This document shows positions 12,270 through 23,731 of a stretch of 62,216 nt of DNA, one piece after another; the first letter of the stretch is position 1; every line of letters begins with the position of its first letter. A model generated the notes under the pieces. That model was given only the letters and a program-made list of their open reading frames with translations. It made no database searches and was not told the origin of the DNA. The position numbers and the translations under genes were made by a program. Origin of the DNA: Halocafeteria seosinensis (taxonomy: Eukaryota); the NCBI GenBank assembly GCA_001687465.1, contig LVLI01000097.1, positions 62,001 through 124,216 on the forward strand. Direction: 5' to 3'.

Positions 12270-12410
12270 CGTATATTAGTATTGCTCCTACCGGAGGACG
12301 TGTAGGCTATAAGCTACGCTACACCGTGTGCGGAGTTAACCCCACCCCGAACCGCTCCAACATCTTCACCTTGTGGCGCATTAACGTGACCAGACAGTTC
12401 GGCCGTCATT
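12270..12410. repeat. Dispersed ~140-bp repeat, copy 1 (inverted relative to the copy at 39045-39180)
   Basis: Its reverse complement aligns co-linearly with 39045-39180, e.g. acggccgaactgtc/acggccaaactgtc, gtgaagatgt, gtagcgtagc, acacgtcctccggtaggagcaatac/acacgtcttccggaaggagcaatac. Confidence 0.8.
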
Positions 12411-12899
12411 AGCTTTCGAAAGTTCCGTATCTACCTTGTTCCTCTTGAGGAACTCGTTCGCTGTGCCATACAGTGGCATATTATAGTTTGTAATCTACTT
12501 TCATCTTATCTTGGTTTAGGTGAATGCATGATAATGCATGGTATCATGAGCACGCATGCAAACAAGCGCATCTCTTTAACTTATCGCTTCGCTTTAGAGC
12601 GTGCTACTGTGCCGCATTAGCAGTTCTGAGTCTACCTCTTCGGTTTCTCCAATATTGACACTGCTCTGTGGACAAAGAATGTGCAATAGTTTGAGATCAA
12701 CTGTAATGATACAATTTACTAAATGTACTATGCACACTTAATTGTTCCATGTCGACGAAACGACATGATATCGTCTACTTCAAGACTATCCCCAAGGGGA
12801 ATAAAAAGGATGAGTCAACTCAACTCGTTGTCCGATCCATTTCAATATTTAGTCCTGTTTCCATACGGAGAAGCTGGGTAAGACCCCATCTAAGTCATG

Positions 12900-13500
12900 A
12901 GAACACAAACAAAAAGCTAGCCCTGATGAAGCATGCGAAGTACAGATTGCAGGAACGTCAACACGAATCTTCGCACTTCCTCCATGCGCGGAAACTGAGT
13001 CAGGAAGTTATCGTAGACACATACTCCAGAATTGAAGAATTCCGACTTGACTACTTAAGAACTCAATAAGCGAATTTACGCAAGCAATTTTCTCCGGTCT
13101 ACAGATGCGGTCGAATCAGATGACACCGATGCGTCTTGCTTTGGCAAGCATACCCATATATTGCCAGCCTCGTTTTCGGGACGTCGGACGCAAATGCTGA
13201 TGCTTTTCCCTATACTTTTGAAGATGTTTACTGTAGAAATCTTTAGAGAGCCCTATTATAGGTATCGGACAATATAAAAATAATTGTGATACTTATTTGT
13301 TACTATAACCTCAAAGCCTAACTGGAACGAAGTTAAACGCGAGCTTCGCCAACACCCACACATGTGTAGTACCAGTGGTATGTGACAGATAGCCCACCAA
13401 GGACGGAAGTCTACGTGCGGTCGTCCAAGGTTAAGAATACTATCGAAAGTGTCAAAATCTTCACAGGCGGGCAATATTCTACATACACATTTTGCGTTGA
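12900..13500 (+). mobile_element. Degenerate Helitron Rep (Helitron_like_N region) fragment
   Basis: Frameshifted peptides occur in the order expected for Helitron RepHel: YRLQER..SHFLHARKLSQEVIVDTYSRIEEFRLDYLRTQ, DAVESDDTDASCFGKHTHILPASFSG..QM, YLFVTITSKPNWNEVKREL. Possible HUH remnant QAGNILHTHF near 13460-13495. Confidence 0.8.
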
Positions 13501-13720
13501 ATAAACTTGTACACTGTAGATGGCTACGCGACTGTATGAGGCGTAGCTCGGTAGGATCCCAGGTTCACGTTTGGGTAAACTCCGTTGAAAGTTTGAAAAA
13601 CCGTAGCTCCCAACCATGTGAACTTAAGATTTATCAAGATTATTTTGCACTTACCATCTAAATCTGCCCAAACTGGAGGTAGACTGGGACGAATTGATCT
13701 CAACTCAGGCATTTTTGGTC

Positions 13721-13819
13721 CCAACTGGGTTTGCCGTAGCCGACCCATGGTCGTAACCAGAGTTTGGCCTGTACCCTCCGATCATTCTTAGACCTAACTG
13801 GGTCTGCCGCGCCCGACCC
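13721..13819 (+). repeat. Pair of imperfect 26-nt direct repeats, each able to fold into a GGGT..ACCC hairpin
   Basis: ccaactgggtttgccgtagccgaccc (13721-13746) and ctaactgggtctgccgcgcccgaccc (13794-13819). Confidence 0.6.
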
Positions 13820-13865
13820 GGTCAACTACTGCACTGCTTCTGTTTAATAGGGCACAGCATAAGTC

Positions 13866-16631
13866 ATGGATGAACCTTTGTCGCAATACGTTCGCCGATG
13901 GGTGAAGAATGAAGCTGTGGCGGAAATGTTGCTTGAGACGTGTCACAGCTACAAGGAGCTGGCATCGCTTGAAATGCGTAATATAAAACCTGCAATACGG
14001 GCCATGGAACTCGATGATGATGAAATTGTGCTCTGTATTAACCGGGTGGCTCTCCTCATCCATACCATGGGAAGAGCTGTTTGGGGCGACCCGGAACTCT
14101 ACGAGCTTCGGCAGATCTTTTCTGTAGAAGAGCCAGGCATCAACCCCAAGGACAGTAAAATAGACTCTTTGGAGGATTCTGATAACCTCATCTACAAAGT
14201 CTTACTTTTAGACTTCGCCGTAAACTCAAGGGAGATCATTAAAAGCATGGTTGGTTTCAAACTGGAGTACGAAGATGACTTCCCCATATTCGTTAAAAGT
14301 GGGAGGAATCCCGGTTCCGTTTTGGATGGACTAAATGGGAAACTGTTCACCCAGGGTCTCTTAATTGGGGACACAGGCGTGTATGACTTGATAAAACAGC
14401 TGAAAAACACGCAAGGCCAAGGGCGTATCTTAGTTGTGGTGCAGAGCCTCGGTGCCGGCAAGTCCGGGTACTTGTTTCGGTTGATGCAGGCCAATTTGAA
14501 CAGGGATGGGATTTTTATTGCATTTGCCACGCACGGTGAAGATAGGCAACTGAGGTTGCTACCTTTCTGGGAGAAAATCTTCCACTGTTGTACGAAACTG
14601 GAGGATCTTGAGGGCGTACACCTTCTGGTGCAGTCAGCAATTTTAGCTCATATACTGCTATATCTTCACGCACGAAAAAAACACGCGGACCCAGCAGCAG
14701 CCAGTGCATTGCTAGTTGCCTTAATGACCCATTCCCCTGAAGTGCTTGAGCCTGCTCTGCAAGAGTTAACTTACCATTTCTTTTGTCGAGGGCGGCAACA
14801 GAAGTATTTCTTCGATAAGGCTCTTGAAGAGTTACGGGCGTCCTTTCCTGCTGACAGAGTCGTTACCTTACAATTTGACGAACCGGGTGCGTTCTTTCGG
14901 CATTCGTTCCCCCGTCTAGGGAAGCGGGATGACTTTCTCTCAGTAATAGTTAAAACTCTGTGCGGCTCAATGAAGCTCTCACGTCTGTACGAGGTATTGG
15001 TCACGGGGACAAATCTTCGCTTATGTGACCTTCATCGGTATGAGTCGGTTACGGTGTCCAGTCTTGCCTTGCCGGTGACCCGTTCACAACTTGAAGGCTT
15101 TATCGAAAAACATTTCAAGGGAACATCGAGGGGTATCGTGGACGCTAGGCTTGATATTGCCCCCTTCGTCGGCAGGCCATTGTTTGCGTCTGTATTGATA
15201 AAGCACCTGTGGCGGTTGCAAACGGGATGCAGGCGAGAACACAAAGAGATGACGAAGGACGCCGTTCACCAGGTATACAATTCCGCGTTGAGCGAACTGA
15301 AAACTATTTGCAAGGATGCCGTATCTCGCATATGGACACCAAGAAAAAATCTCTACTCCTTTTCTGACAACCCTAACGAAGCAGAATTGCAGTATAACGT
15401 TGCCAAGTCTATCTATCTCTTGTACATCCTTCACTGGGAAAACGATGAGCATGTGTGGCATGAACTACCCGGGCAAAGCGAGTTGCTGGCAAGTGCTGCT
15501 TTAGAAAGTGGGGCATTTTTGGTGCTACCTTCTACCAAACCAGGCTACGTGAATCTGAAAGCAGAACCTACGATGTTAATAACACTTTCAGAGCTGTTCT
15601 TACCCACTATCCGAGAGTGGTTTTTGCAACGAAACGAAGTTGACTTCGATCCCTTTTTGGGAGTTTTCCCCAGTCAATCGTCTATTCCCAACGTCTCATT
15701 GAACACTGCCGATGGAGATTTGCATGAAATTGTGCTAGTATGGCACATCCTTCGCTGCTCCTTGGGAAGTCCGCAGGAAAAGGGCGTTCCTCTTCAAACT
15801 ATTTTCAGTATGATAAATCCTTCGGAACAAGTACTTCCCGAGAGCCTTGACGGTATCTTCGTAAAGGTAAAACGTGCAGCGCGTGTTCCTCATGTTTTAT
15901 TGCAACAGACCATTGATACAAGTAAGGTGTACTACGGCGTGAGCATCCTTGCGGGAATGGACGTTTTAGTATATGGTACGAGATATCATGAGGACAAGGA
16001 GAATGAAACAATCCCTATAATTTTCCAAGGCAAATCGCAGCAATCGATATCGTTGCGCAGCGCCGTGGCTTCAACGGATCCTTCGCTTCAATATGTAAAT
16101 AAGAGCTTACGAGCAGTGCTTGTCCACGAGGACGACACGGCGACAACACTTTTCAAAGAAAGCAAAGCAAAGGATGTGTATGTAGCGACCAAAGCAAGTG
16201 AAAGGTATCGCGGCATATTCGTGGAAAGACGCTTGAACGCTGAGAGCGAGCAGTGGAGCAAAGCAGTCCGAGTGGTTTTCGTAGCTGGGCAAGTGCAAGG
16301 AAAGACCTCCGCTCTTTTTAGGGAATATGCATCCAGTGACTCCCCAATATTCTTACTAGCTCCTCGGCAAGGTGCCTTTCCCGCGCACATACTTCAGCGT
16401 CTCCATGCTAACGTAAACCAAGTATGGCACCCCACGGCGATTACATTGGAACCGGTAGGTTGGTGCTCACGAACGGGGATCGAAAGACTACAACTTTTCA
16501 AGAATATAAAGCGGCCTAAGTTACACAACACTGACATTGTACCGGCAGTGGCAGTTTCAAAGGATGGTTCCACTGAGAAAGACGAGTCCGATACAGGCGA
16601 GCGTGGGAAAGATTGGCGGGAGCAAGACTAG
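13866..16631 (+). CDS. Intronless CR (Crinkler/RHS)-type effector: N-terminal header + P-loop NTPase + PD-(D/E)xK restriction-endonuclease-fold domain
   Basis: 921-aa ORF. Walker A ILVVVQSLGAGKS, Walker B VTLQFDE, sensor-like VLVTGTNL, GxP-type motif FVGRPLF. C-terminal REase-like GDLHEIVL ... AGMDVLV ... IIFQGKS. Confidence 0.75.
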   Translation: MDEPLSQYVRRWVKNEAVAEMLLETCHSYKELASLEMRNIKPAIRAMELDDDEIVLCINRVALLIHTMGRAVWGDPELYELRQIFSVEEPGINPKDSKIDSLEDSDNLIYKVLLLDFAVNSREIIKSMVGFKLEYEDDFPIFVKSGRNPGSVLDGLNGKLFTQGLLIGDTGVYDLIKQLKNTQGQGRILVVVQSLGAGKSGYLFRLMQANLNRDGIFIAFATHGEDRQLRLLPFWEKIFHCCTKLEDLEGVHLLVQSAILAHILLYLHARKKHADPAAASALLVALMTHSPEVLEPALQELTYHFFCRGRQQKYFFDKALEELRASFPADRVVTLQFDEPGAFFRHSFPRLGKRDDFLSVIVKTLCGSMKLSRLYEVLVTGTNLRLCDLHRYESVTVSSLALPVTRSQLEGFIEKHFKGTSRGIVDARLDIAPFVGRPLFASVLIKHLWRLQTGCRREHKEMTKDAVHQVYNSALSELKTICKDAVSRIWTPRKNLYSFSDNPNEAELQYNVAKSIYLLYILHWENDEHVWHELPGQSELLASAALESGAFLVLPSTKPGYVNLKAEPTMLITLSELFLPTIREWFLQRNEVDFDPFLGVFPSQSSIPNVSLNTADGDLHEIVLVWHILRCSLGSPQEKGVPLQTIFSMINPSEQVLPESLDGIFVKVKRAARVPHVLLQQTIDTSKVYYGVSILAGMDVLVYGTRYHEDKENETIPIIFQGKSQQSISLRSAVASTDPSLQYVNKSLRAVLVHEDDTATTLFKESKAKDVYVATKASERYRGIFVERRLNAESEQWSKAVRVVFVAGQVQGKTSALFREYASSDSPIFLLAPRQGAFPAHILQRLHANVNQVWHPTAITLEPVGWCSRTGIERLQLFKNIKRPKLHNTDIVPAVAVSKDGSTEKDESDTGERGKDWREQD

Positions 16632-17583
16632 CGGGTATTGAATGGAATACCCCGAATATACTCACGGCCCTAACGGTTACTCAGCGCACATACTTGGAGT
16701 GCTAGTGAAAGACAACGTAACTGCTGGAACGTCCAATACGGCGCACGTCGTGTGAATGTCCTCGAAACAACTTTCCCACTAGCCAATATCGGTCTGGGGA
16801 AGACAGCGGCTAGTTGCGGTGGGTGGTGGGTGGGTAGTCGTTTTGGCAGTAGCGTTTGCTAGCCGAGGTAAAAGAAAAAGACCATACACATACATGATTC
16901 CTGTTCTCCTGGGCGAGTATCGACGCTCGGTAGAAAGCCGAAGGTAAAGTACAAATTAAAGTATGTGTTTCTTCGTTATTAATATATTTTTATTGTTCCA
17001 TGTCAAGGAGGCAACGACATGAAGATCGGGGTAATGGGTGGAGAAAAGGTGCCTTTTGGTCCGAGCAAATTAAGCATTCGAATTGATTCACGAATACACT
17101 GTATGCCCTTTAGGCGTGTACACGCGAGTTGCTCAAAATCGCGAAGAGACCTCGCCCGCATCCTGAAAGCTTCCAACGTGTATATTGTAAAATAATTTCC
17201 CCACAATTTCAATGGCACACTTTTTCTAGTTTGCGAAATCACTAAAAGTATGCGTGAAATGTACCATTCACATTTATTCAGGCTCATTCCAAATACTACA
17301 GCTGCTTGGGTTCCAAATACTGTACTTCCGAACGGAGGTTGAAGTTGAAGTGACTCCTCTAGAAGTACACGGGTGCTATACCACTCTTAGAGCACTTGGC
17401 AAACATTGATTTGCTTATAGACACAAAGGCGCGACTGGAGTGTAAATATCCTGAAGTTTTGTTTCAGCTGCCCCATTTCAGAAGCCTTCCGAAACTGCGT
17501 GGGTGCTGGTGCAACTTCAACTTGATAGGTCGCATGGTCTACTTAGCTGCATTTATGCTGTTTTAGAGGCATTTACAGGGAAA

Positions 17584-20226
17584 ATGAAGCAAGAGAAGCG
17601 AACTAATAAAGGTCCTAAAGACGGCCCGCGGGACGAGGGAGCCGCCAAACAAGAGGGGAGGAAGAAAAAAGAGCATGAAATGATCCGGGATCCCCGTTTT
17701 CAGCGACTTCATACAGATCCCGTAAGATTATTGCATATTTTGTTCCATTTACACTACGATGCACACTCGTTCGTCCATCTATCTGGCTGGCTGCAGAGAT
17801 TCGCGCGAAGACCGCAACATGTTGAAAAAGTCCCATTAGATGATCGCTTCAAGCATGTCCTCACGGATCCACGCTTTAATGAGGCACAGAGTAAGTGCAT
17901 TAAAGCACAAACCCTCCTGAGTACAGCATCTTAATGGTCTTCATTTGTCATGACAGTGGGTGCGCATCGAAAACGCGGTGAGGCGAAAGACAACGACGAC
18001 GACAGCGCGGCAACCACGGGACTCCAAGACTATTATCAGGTAGAGAATGACCAAGACAGCTCACACGCGCAGGTGCCCAAGCACACCGAGTCCAGCAATG
18101 TGGAAACCCAGCAGGATATGGAGAGTCGTTTGGAGCATCTCAACGCGCTTGCACGAGGTGAACAACCGGTTGAGGAAGATGACGCCTCAAGCGAGGACTC
18201 AGCGCTGGAAATGCTCAGTGTGGGAGATAATGAAGACGATATTAGTGTGTCGAGTGCTGAAATGGATGATGGATTACATAGAGCTGCTCCGCTTATGGAG
18301 GAAGCTCCTAACATTGACGAAAACGTGGAAGAAATTGACCCGACACATAGGTTGGCTGTGGTGAATTGTGACTGGGAACGGTTTCGGTCCGTCGATATCC
18401 TAGCAACATTGCAATCTTTTGTACCCTCTTCAGGAGCAATTAGAAAGGTTGAGGTCTATCCAAGCGAATATGGGATCAAAAAGCTAGAAGAAGAGGCCCG
18501 ATACGGACCTGTGACCTTATGGGAGACGCATAAGCGCATCAAAAAGAGGTCTGCAGCGACAGACCAACACCAAGCCAACCAGGAACAACAGGAAAGCGAC
18601 ATTCAGGACGCATCCGAAGGACAGTCGCACGAAGATGACGGCGAAATCGATCCTGTTGTCTTGCGGCAGTACGAATTAAATAAATTGAAATATTATTACG
18701 CGATTGTACATTGTGATTCTCCAGCGACTGCAAACTCCATCTACAAGGAATGCAACGGCCTCGAGTGGGAACATTCCGCCAACAGAATTGATTTGCGCTT
18801 TATACCGGATGATTTTGAGCCTACGCATGCTAGCCCCCGAGATACTGCCGAGGAAATTCCTAGTAACTACACACCACCCGAATTTTATACCAAAGCGCTT
18901 CAGGCCTCTAATGTTGAACTGTCCTGGGACAAGGATGATGATACGCGACAACAAGTTTTGCGGTACGAAGGTGCAGTGCCGAAAGAAAAACGGAAGAAAA
19001 TTAGGAAACAGAAGAAAATGCGTGGTCAAATGGATGACAGCATGGAGGAGGACCAGGTACTCGGAAGAAGGCTGCAGGATGATGCGTACCAATCGTTCAT
19101 TGTTGACAGTGACGAAGCAGATGAAAACGACGAAGAGGAATGCTCAAGTGATGACAACGGAGAGCAGGAAGGAACAGTACCCAAGAAGCAAAACAAAGCT
19201 CAATTAAGGAGAAAGTACCGAGCGCTTCTCTTGGGGCAGGATGCTGAAGAGCATTCGAAGAAAGGATCCAAGAAGAGGAAGAAGAAAAGCGGGAATAAAC
19301 AGGAAACATCCGCCAATACAGAGGAGAACATGGAAATTACATTTACGCCTGGATTGGGAGAGAAGGTACTGGAGAACAAGAAAGAAAAGGAAAAGCAGAA
19401 GGACGAAACAGTTTGGGAGGCGTACCTACGGCGTAAGAAAGAGAAACGCAAAGAAAGACGGAGTAACGCGAAGCAAGGTAAGGCGTCTGAGAGAGTGGAA
19501 GAAACCCAAGCGAAACAGGAAATGCTAGAAGCAGACCAAAACATCCCCGTCAATACGGCAAACGTCTCTAAAGATTTCGAGGTTCCCGTCGACCTTCAAC
19601 AAGAAGCCGAGCCGGCAGATGATCCCTTCTTTTCGGTTCTCTCTGGAGAGTCCACCTCAGCTCCGGTATCAGGATTTCAGGAAGATCAACAGCACTATCA
19701 CGGGAAGTCGCCTCAGCAGTTGAAACGAGAACAACAAAGCAGGCAAGCCGAGAAACAAAAGCAACAGCAAGAGAAGCTGAAGGCGGATGAGAACAATAGA
19801 AAGTCTCAATCTCAACTGGAACTCTTGATGATGGACGACAAGCCTGATGACTCAGGAAGTGAATCGGAAGGTGATCGCAGAAATAAGAAGAAAAAGAGAG
19901 GTAAACTAGCCAAGAGCAACAACGATACCACTCGTGATACCAACGTCGACGCCGCGCGAGCACTGGGAATCATCAGTACGGATCGTCACCATGAACCCGA
20001 CATTGACGTAAAAGACCCCCGGTTTTCCGCCGCTCTAGAGAATCCTGAGTATCAGTTAGACCCCACAGATCCTGCTTACCGTGATACAGAAGTTACTCGA
20101 CAACTCATAGCCGAGAAGCACAAACGTCGGCGAGAAGCCCGGAAAGCCTCCAGGCGTTTGCCGGAGGAAGTTGACACCTCAGCAATGGCCGACTCATTAA
20201 GAAAGAAGTTCTCGAAGAAGCGTTGA
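17584..20226 (+). CDS. ESF1: ESF1 pre-rRNA processing protein (3 exons)
   Basis: DPRF..LHTDP|RF.R, KVPLDDRF, THRLAVVNCDW, VEVYPSEYG..L.EE...GP, LRQYEL.KLKYYYA, IDLRFIPDD, MEITFTPGL, C-terminal NUC153-like DPRFSA...PEYQLDPTDPAY. Introns 17722-17796 and about 17891-17956. Confidence 0.93.
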
Positions 20227-20924
20227 ACGGGGATTATCGACGTAGTAAGGTTCTACAAGGACGAGGATCGCTTCTTTGAGTTGGCATCATTAAGATATGG
20301 CACGTCATCGCAACAATGCATGGGTCCCGAGACCGGGGTAGGGTGTCTCGCGAAGAATTCAATCAGCACAAACATTGCCAGTATTCGCCTCAGCACTGCA
20401 TTCGTTTAGTTACTGTCGAAAAATGTACATCAGCGGGTTGTATTGCTTTTTGTCCGTTAACGAGCGACTATTTTTCAAAATTTTTGCGCATATTTAACAG
20501 GATCGTTCCCAGATGAGGAACAACGAACTTGTGTCTATCTTCAACGATTCTTGCCTTGCGGTCGAAGTCATTTTCTACGAAGTTAACTTCTTTGTTAACG
20601 AGCAACTATTTTTCAGAACTTTACGAATAAAAACAGAATGGCAGTTGCGTGCGCGAGGATGCAGATTGGGATGTGGAGTTACTCGTGAAACTCATGAAGT
20701 CGGAGTACTTCTTGTTTGCATGCGCAGTAACATCCAACGCATGCAGCACAGATCAACCAAACCACGGAACCCAACAACGCTACTGTGGAAGCACAGTGCC
20801 ATTTTACTGTGATGGTACAAGCTTGGAAGCATTTGCATGTCCATCGGATACTCTGTTCGATCTTATACGACTAAAGAGGAGTAATACACTTAAACAGTAT
20901 TGAAACTGTAGCAAAGGTGCATTT

Positions 20925-22432
20925 TCAAAGATATAAGCCCTCTGGGACGTCACCTTGCTTCCTGTAAAGAGTTTTCTCCTTAGATTTTCGGAAATCGTCT
21001 TGAGTAACTTTCATTCTCCTTTCACGAAGAGCCAACATACCAGCTTCAGAGCAAATAGCTTTAATATCTGCGCCCGATAATTCATCTTTTGACATCACGA
21101 ATTCCTCCAGGTCGACATCTGGTGCGAGGCTCATCTTGCCCGAATGAATATTGAAAATATGACGCCGCGTTTTCTGATCTGGCAATGGGAATTCAATCTT
21201 ACGGTCAATACGGCCAGGTCGGATCAAAGCTGGATCTAAGCTATCCATTCTATTGGTCGCCATGATAACTTTCACCTCTCCTCGCTCATCGAAACCGTCG
21301 AGCTGATTGAGGAGTTCCAACATTGTTCGCTGGATTTCTCGCTCACCACCAGAATTGCTCTCGTAACGCTTCGTCCCAATGGCGTCAATTTCATCTATAA
21401 ACACAATACTAGGCGAGTGCTCGTCCGCTGCCTTGAACAGCTCCCGGACAAGTTTCGGGCCATCCCCGAGATATTTTTGAATAAGCTCCGAACCTACGAC
21501 ACGTAAAAATGTAGCTGTGGTATGATTGGCAACAGCCTTGGCCAACAGAGTTTTTCCCGTTCCCGGTTCACCATATAAGATAACACCTTTTGGTGGTTTG
21601 ATTCCTATATCTTCGTATAACTCTGGATGCGTCATAGGCATCTCGACAGCTTCTTTCATTTCTTGTATCTGACTTTCTAGTCCCCCAATATCGGCGTATG
21701 ATTCCGTCGGGGCTTTGTCGACTTTCATCACGCTGACCATCGGATCATGCTGATCCATCATTATTCCAACCACCGATTGTGTTTTGTGATGTAATAAAAT
21801 GCTCGCCCCCGGTTCCAACTGATCAAAGTCCACAAAGGACAAGATGTTGACGTAATATTCGGGCCCATTAGGCGTCGATATAATGCAATGGTTGTCGTCA
21901 ATCATCTCCTCCAACGTCCCTACTTGCAACGGGGATCCTCGAATTTCTTCCACTTTGGCCTTTTCCTCCTTTTCCCACTGCTCTTTGGGCCGTAACACTT
22001 CCTGATTCTGAATGAACTCGCCTTCCATGAGCAAAAAGTCCTTAATGCGTTCCAACTTCAACTGCCGTAATTTACATTGTGTCGTCGGATACACTGTTTG
22101 CCAAGCAACCAAACCAAACGCAACGAATGAAATGCTCGGACGGGGCTCTCTAGGGGACAGAAACGCCATTCATGGAGGCATGATAAGGGAAATACACATA
22201 CCTTTGGGGAGTTTGGTCGACGTGTTGGGCCCTTTTTTCTTGCGTTTTGTGACGCGTGTAAGAGGTTTAGGCTCTGTCAGGTCCACACACAGGATTCAAG
22301 GCTGCATGTAAAACCTTAATCAGCCATTGGGGGCACGGGTATACACGTACCAAAGCGCTTTTTCTTCTTATCACCACCTTTTTTATCACCGCGTTTCCCC
22401 CCTCCACCGGGGTTGCTCATGTTTTGGCCCAT
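20925..22432 (-). CDS. PSMC1: 26S proteasome AAA-ATPase regulatory subunit 4 (Rpt2), 3 exons
   Basis: MGQ start at 22432. [59 protein letters not shown]-terminal PEGLYL (HbYX tail). Confidence 0.97.
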
Positions 22433-22779
22433 TTTAGCCTATTTCTGTCGCTGCACAACGATACCCATTCGAAAGATACATGTCTCTTCTATATTCACAG
22501 CCTAAGAAACCAGGGAAATAATGCAACAGAGGGACGTGAATGACGAAAATGTAGTGAGATTTCCTGCCCTCCAGCACCCATGCTTTTTGTTCCCCCAAGA
22601 ATCCCCTTTGAGTGCGTCCACACCATCTTTGTTGTTTTCACCCCCTTGGATACCCCTCCGTTCCACCAGCCGTGAGTATTTGAATTCTCTTGGACATCCA
22701 CCTACCTGTCTGTATGAACTATCGGATCTGTGAGAGACTGACATAGATCCAAAATACAATAAACTAATCGTTGTAAATC

Positions 22780-23591
22780 GTTATTCACCCCAAAATAGCT
22801 CCCCGGCTGGACGCCCGGCCGGGCCCTCCGCCCGGACTCGAGGAATTCGCAACAAGGAACTTCGAAGTGAAGTTGCGTTGCGACAGGAGGAATATTTAGT
22901 TCGTGGGTAAAATGTCAGGGGTGATGGGTGAACTTTCCACGATTGGAATGATACCAGCGAGTGAAAAAGGAATATCTGCGTCAACGTGGCGTAAAAATTC
23001 TGTTGGTGTGTAAGAACTATACCGTATATTGTACAACAACATTCCTTCGTGTGGGGCGGGACTGAAGGCTTGTAGAAGAAGTGTTGTATCGTTGATCATC
23101 TATCTTCCTTAAATTTTCTGGTGCAAGCGGGTGGTTTGGTTTGCGGGATACCACCAAAGGATAAAAGATAACCTGTTATGTGCTCAAGGCTGTCACGTGA
23201 TTGACCTGTACAAAGTAAAATACTTCGGATGGAGAAGCGACTGGGTTATGAGGCTTTGTGGAACCTGAGGTAACATCCAACGTCTGCCAGGAAATGACCA
23301 ACAAAACTACAGCCCGGAAAAGCTCGGCTGACACTGAACAGCACAAGTGCTTCGGGGCCTCCTGGACACTCAACACCACGAATCTGTTGCGCAATAGGTG
23401 TTCCCGAGAAAACAGATGCAGGGTCATGTACATCTGCGCGTTTGAGTAGACAATGAGCCCTAAAACCAACGGCCAGGTTTCAACGACATACATCTCTTTT
23501 TCCGTGCTGCTGAAGTGGCAGAAGTCTTGGTCGGAGTGGTAGTGGTCAAATACAGGATTACATTAAGCAACAAGCCAAGAAGCAGCGCCAT
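22780..23591 (-). other. Possible decayed or poorly resolved gene for a secreted protein
   Basis: Signal-peptide-like MALLLGLLLNVILYL at 23591, a GTATGT..GCAG intron-like segment, and protein-like frames (INDTTLLLQAFSPAPHEGMLLYNIRY...). I could not build a stop-free spliced model. Confidence 0.25.
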
Positions 23592-23731
23592 GCGATAAAA
23601 TGTTCTTGGTACTAGAGCGAGCGCATGAACATGAGTGGGCCAGCACAGGACAATATGTTCCAGGCAGCACTGTTCTTGCTCAAACTGCGACCACTTGATT
23701 GCACTTGCGAACTCCCAATGTCGTCGATGAT

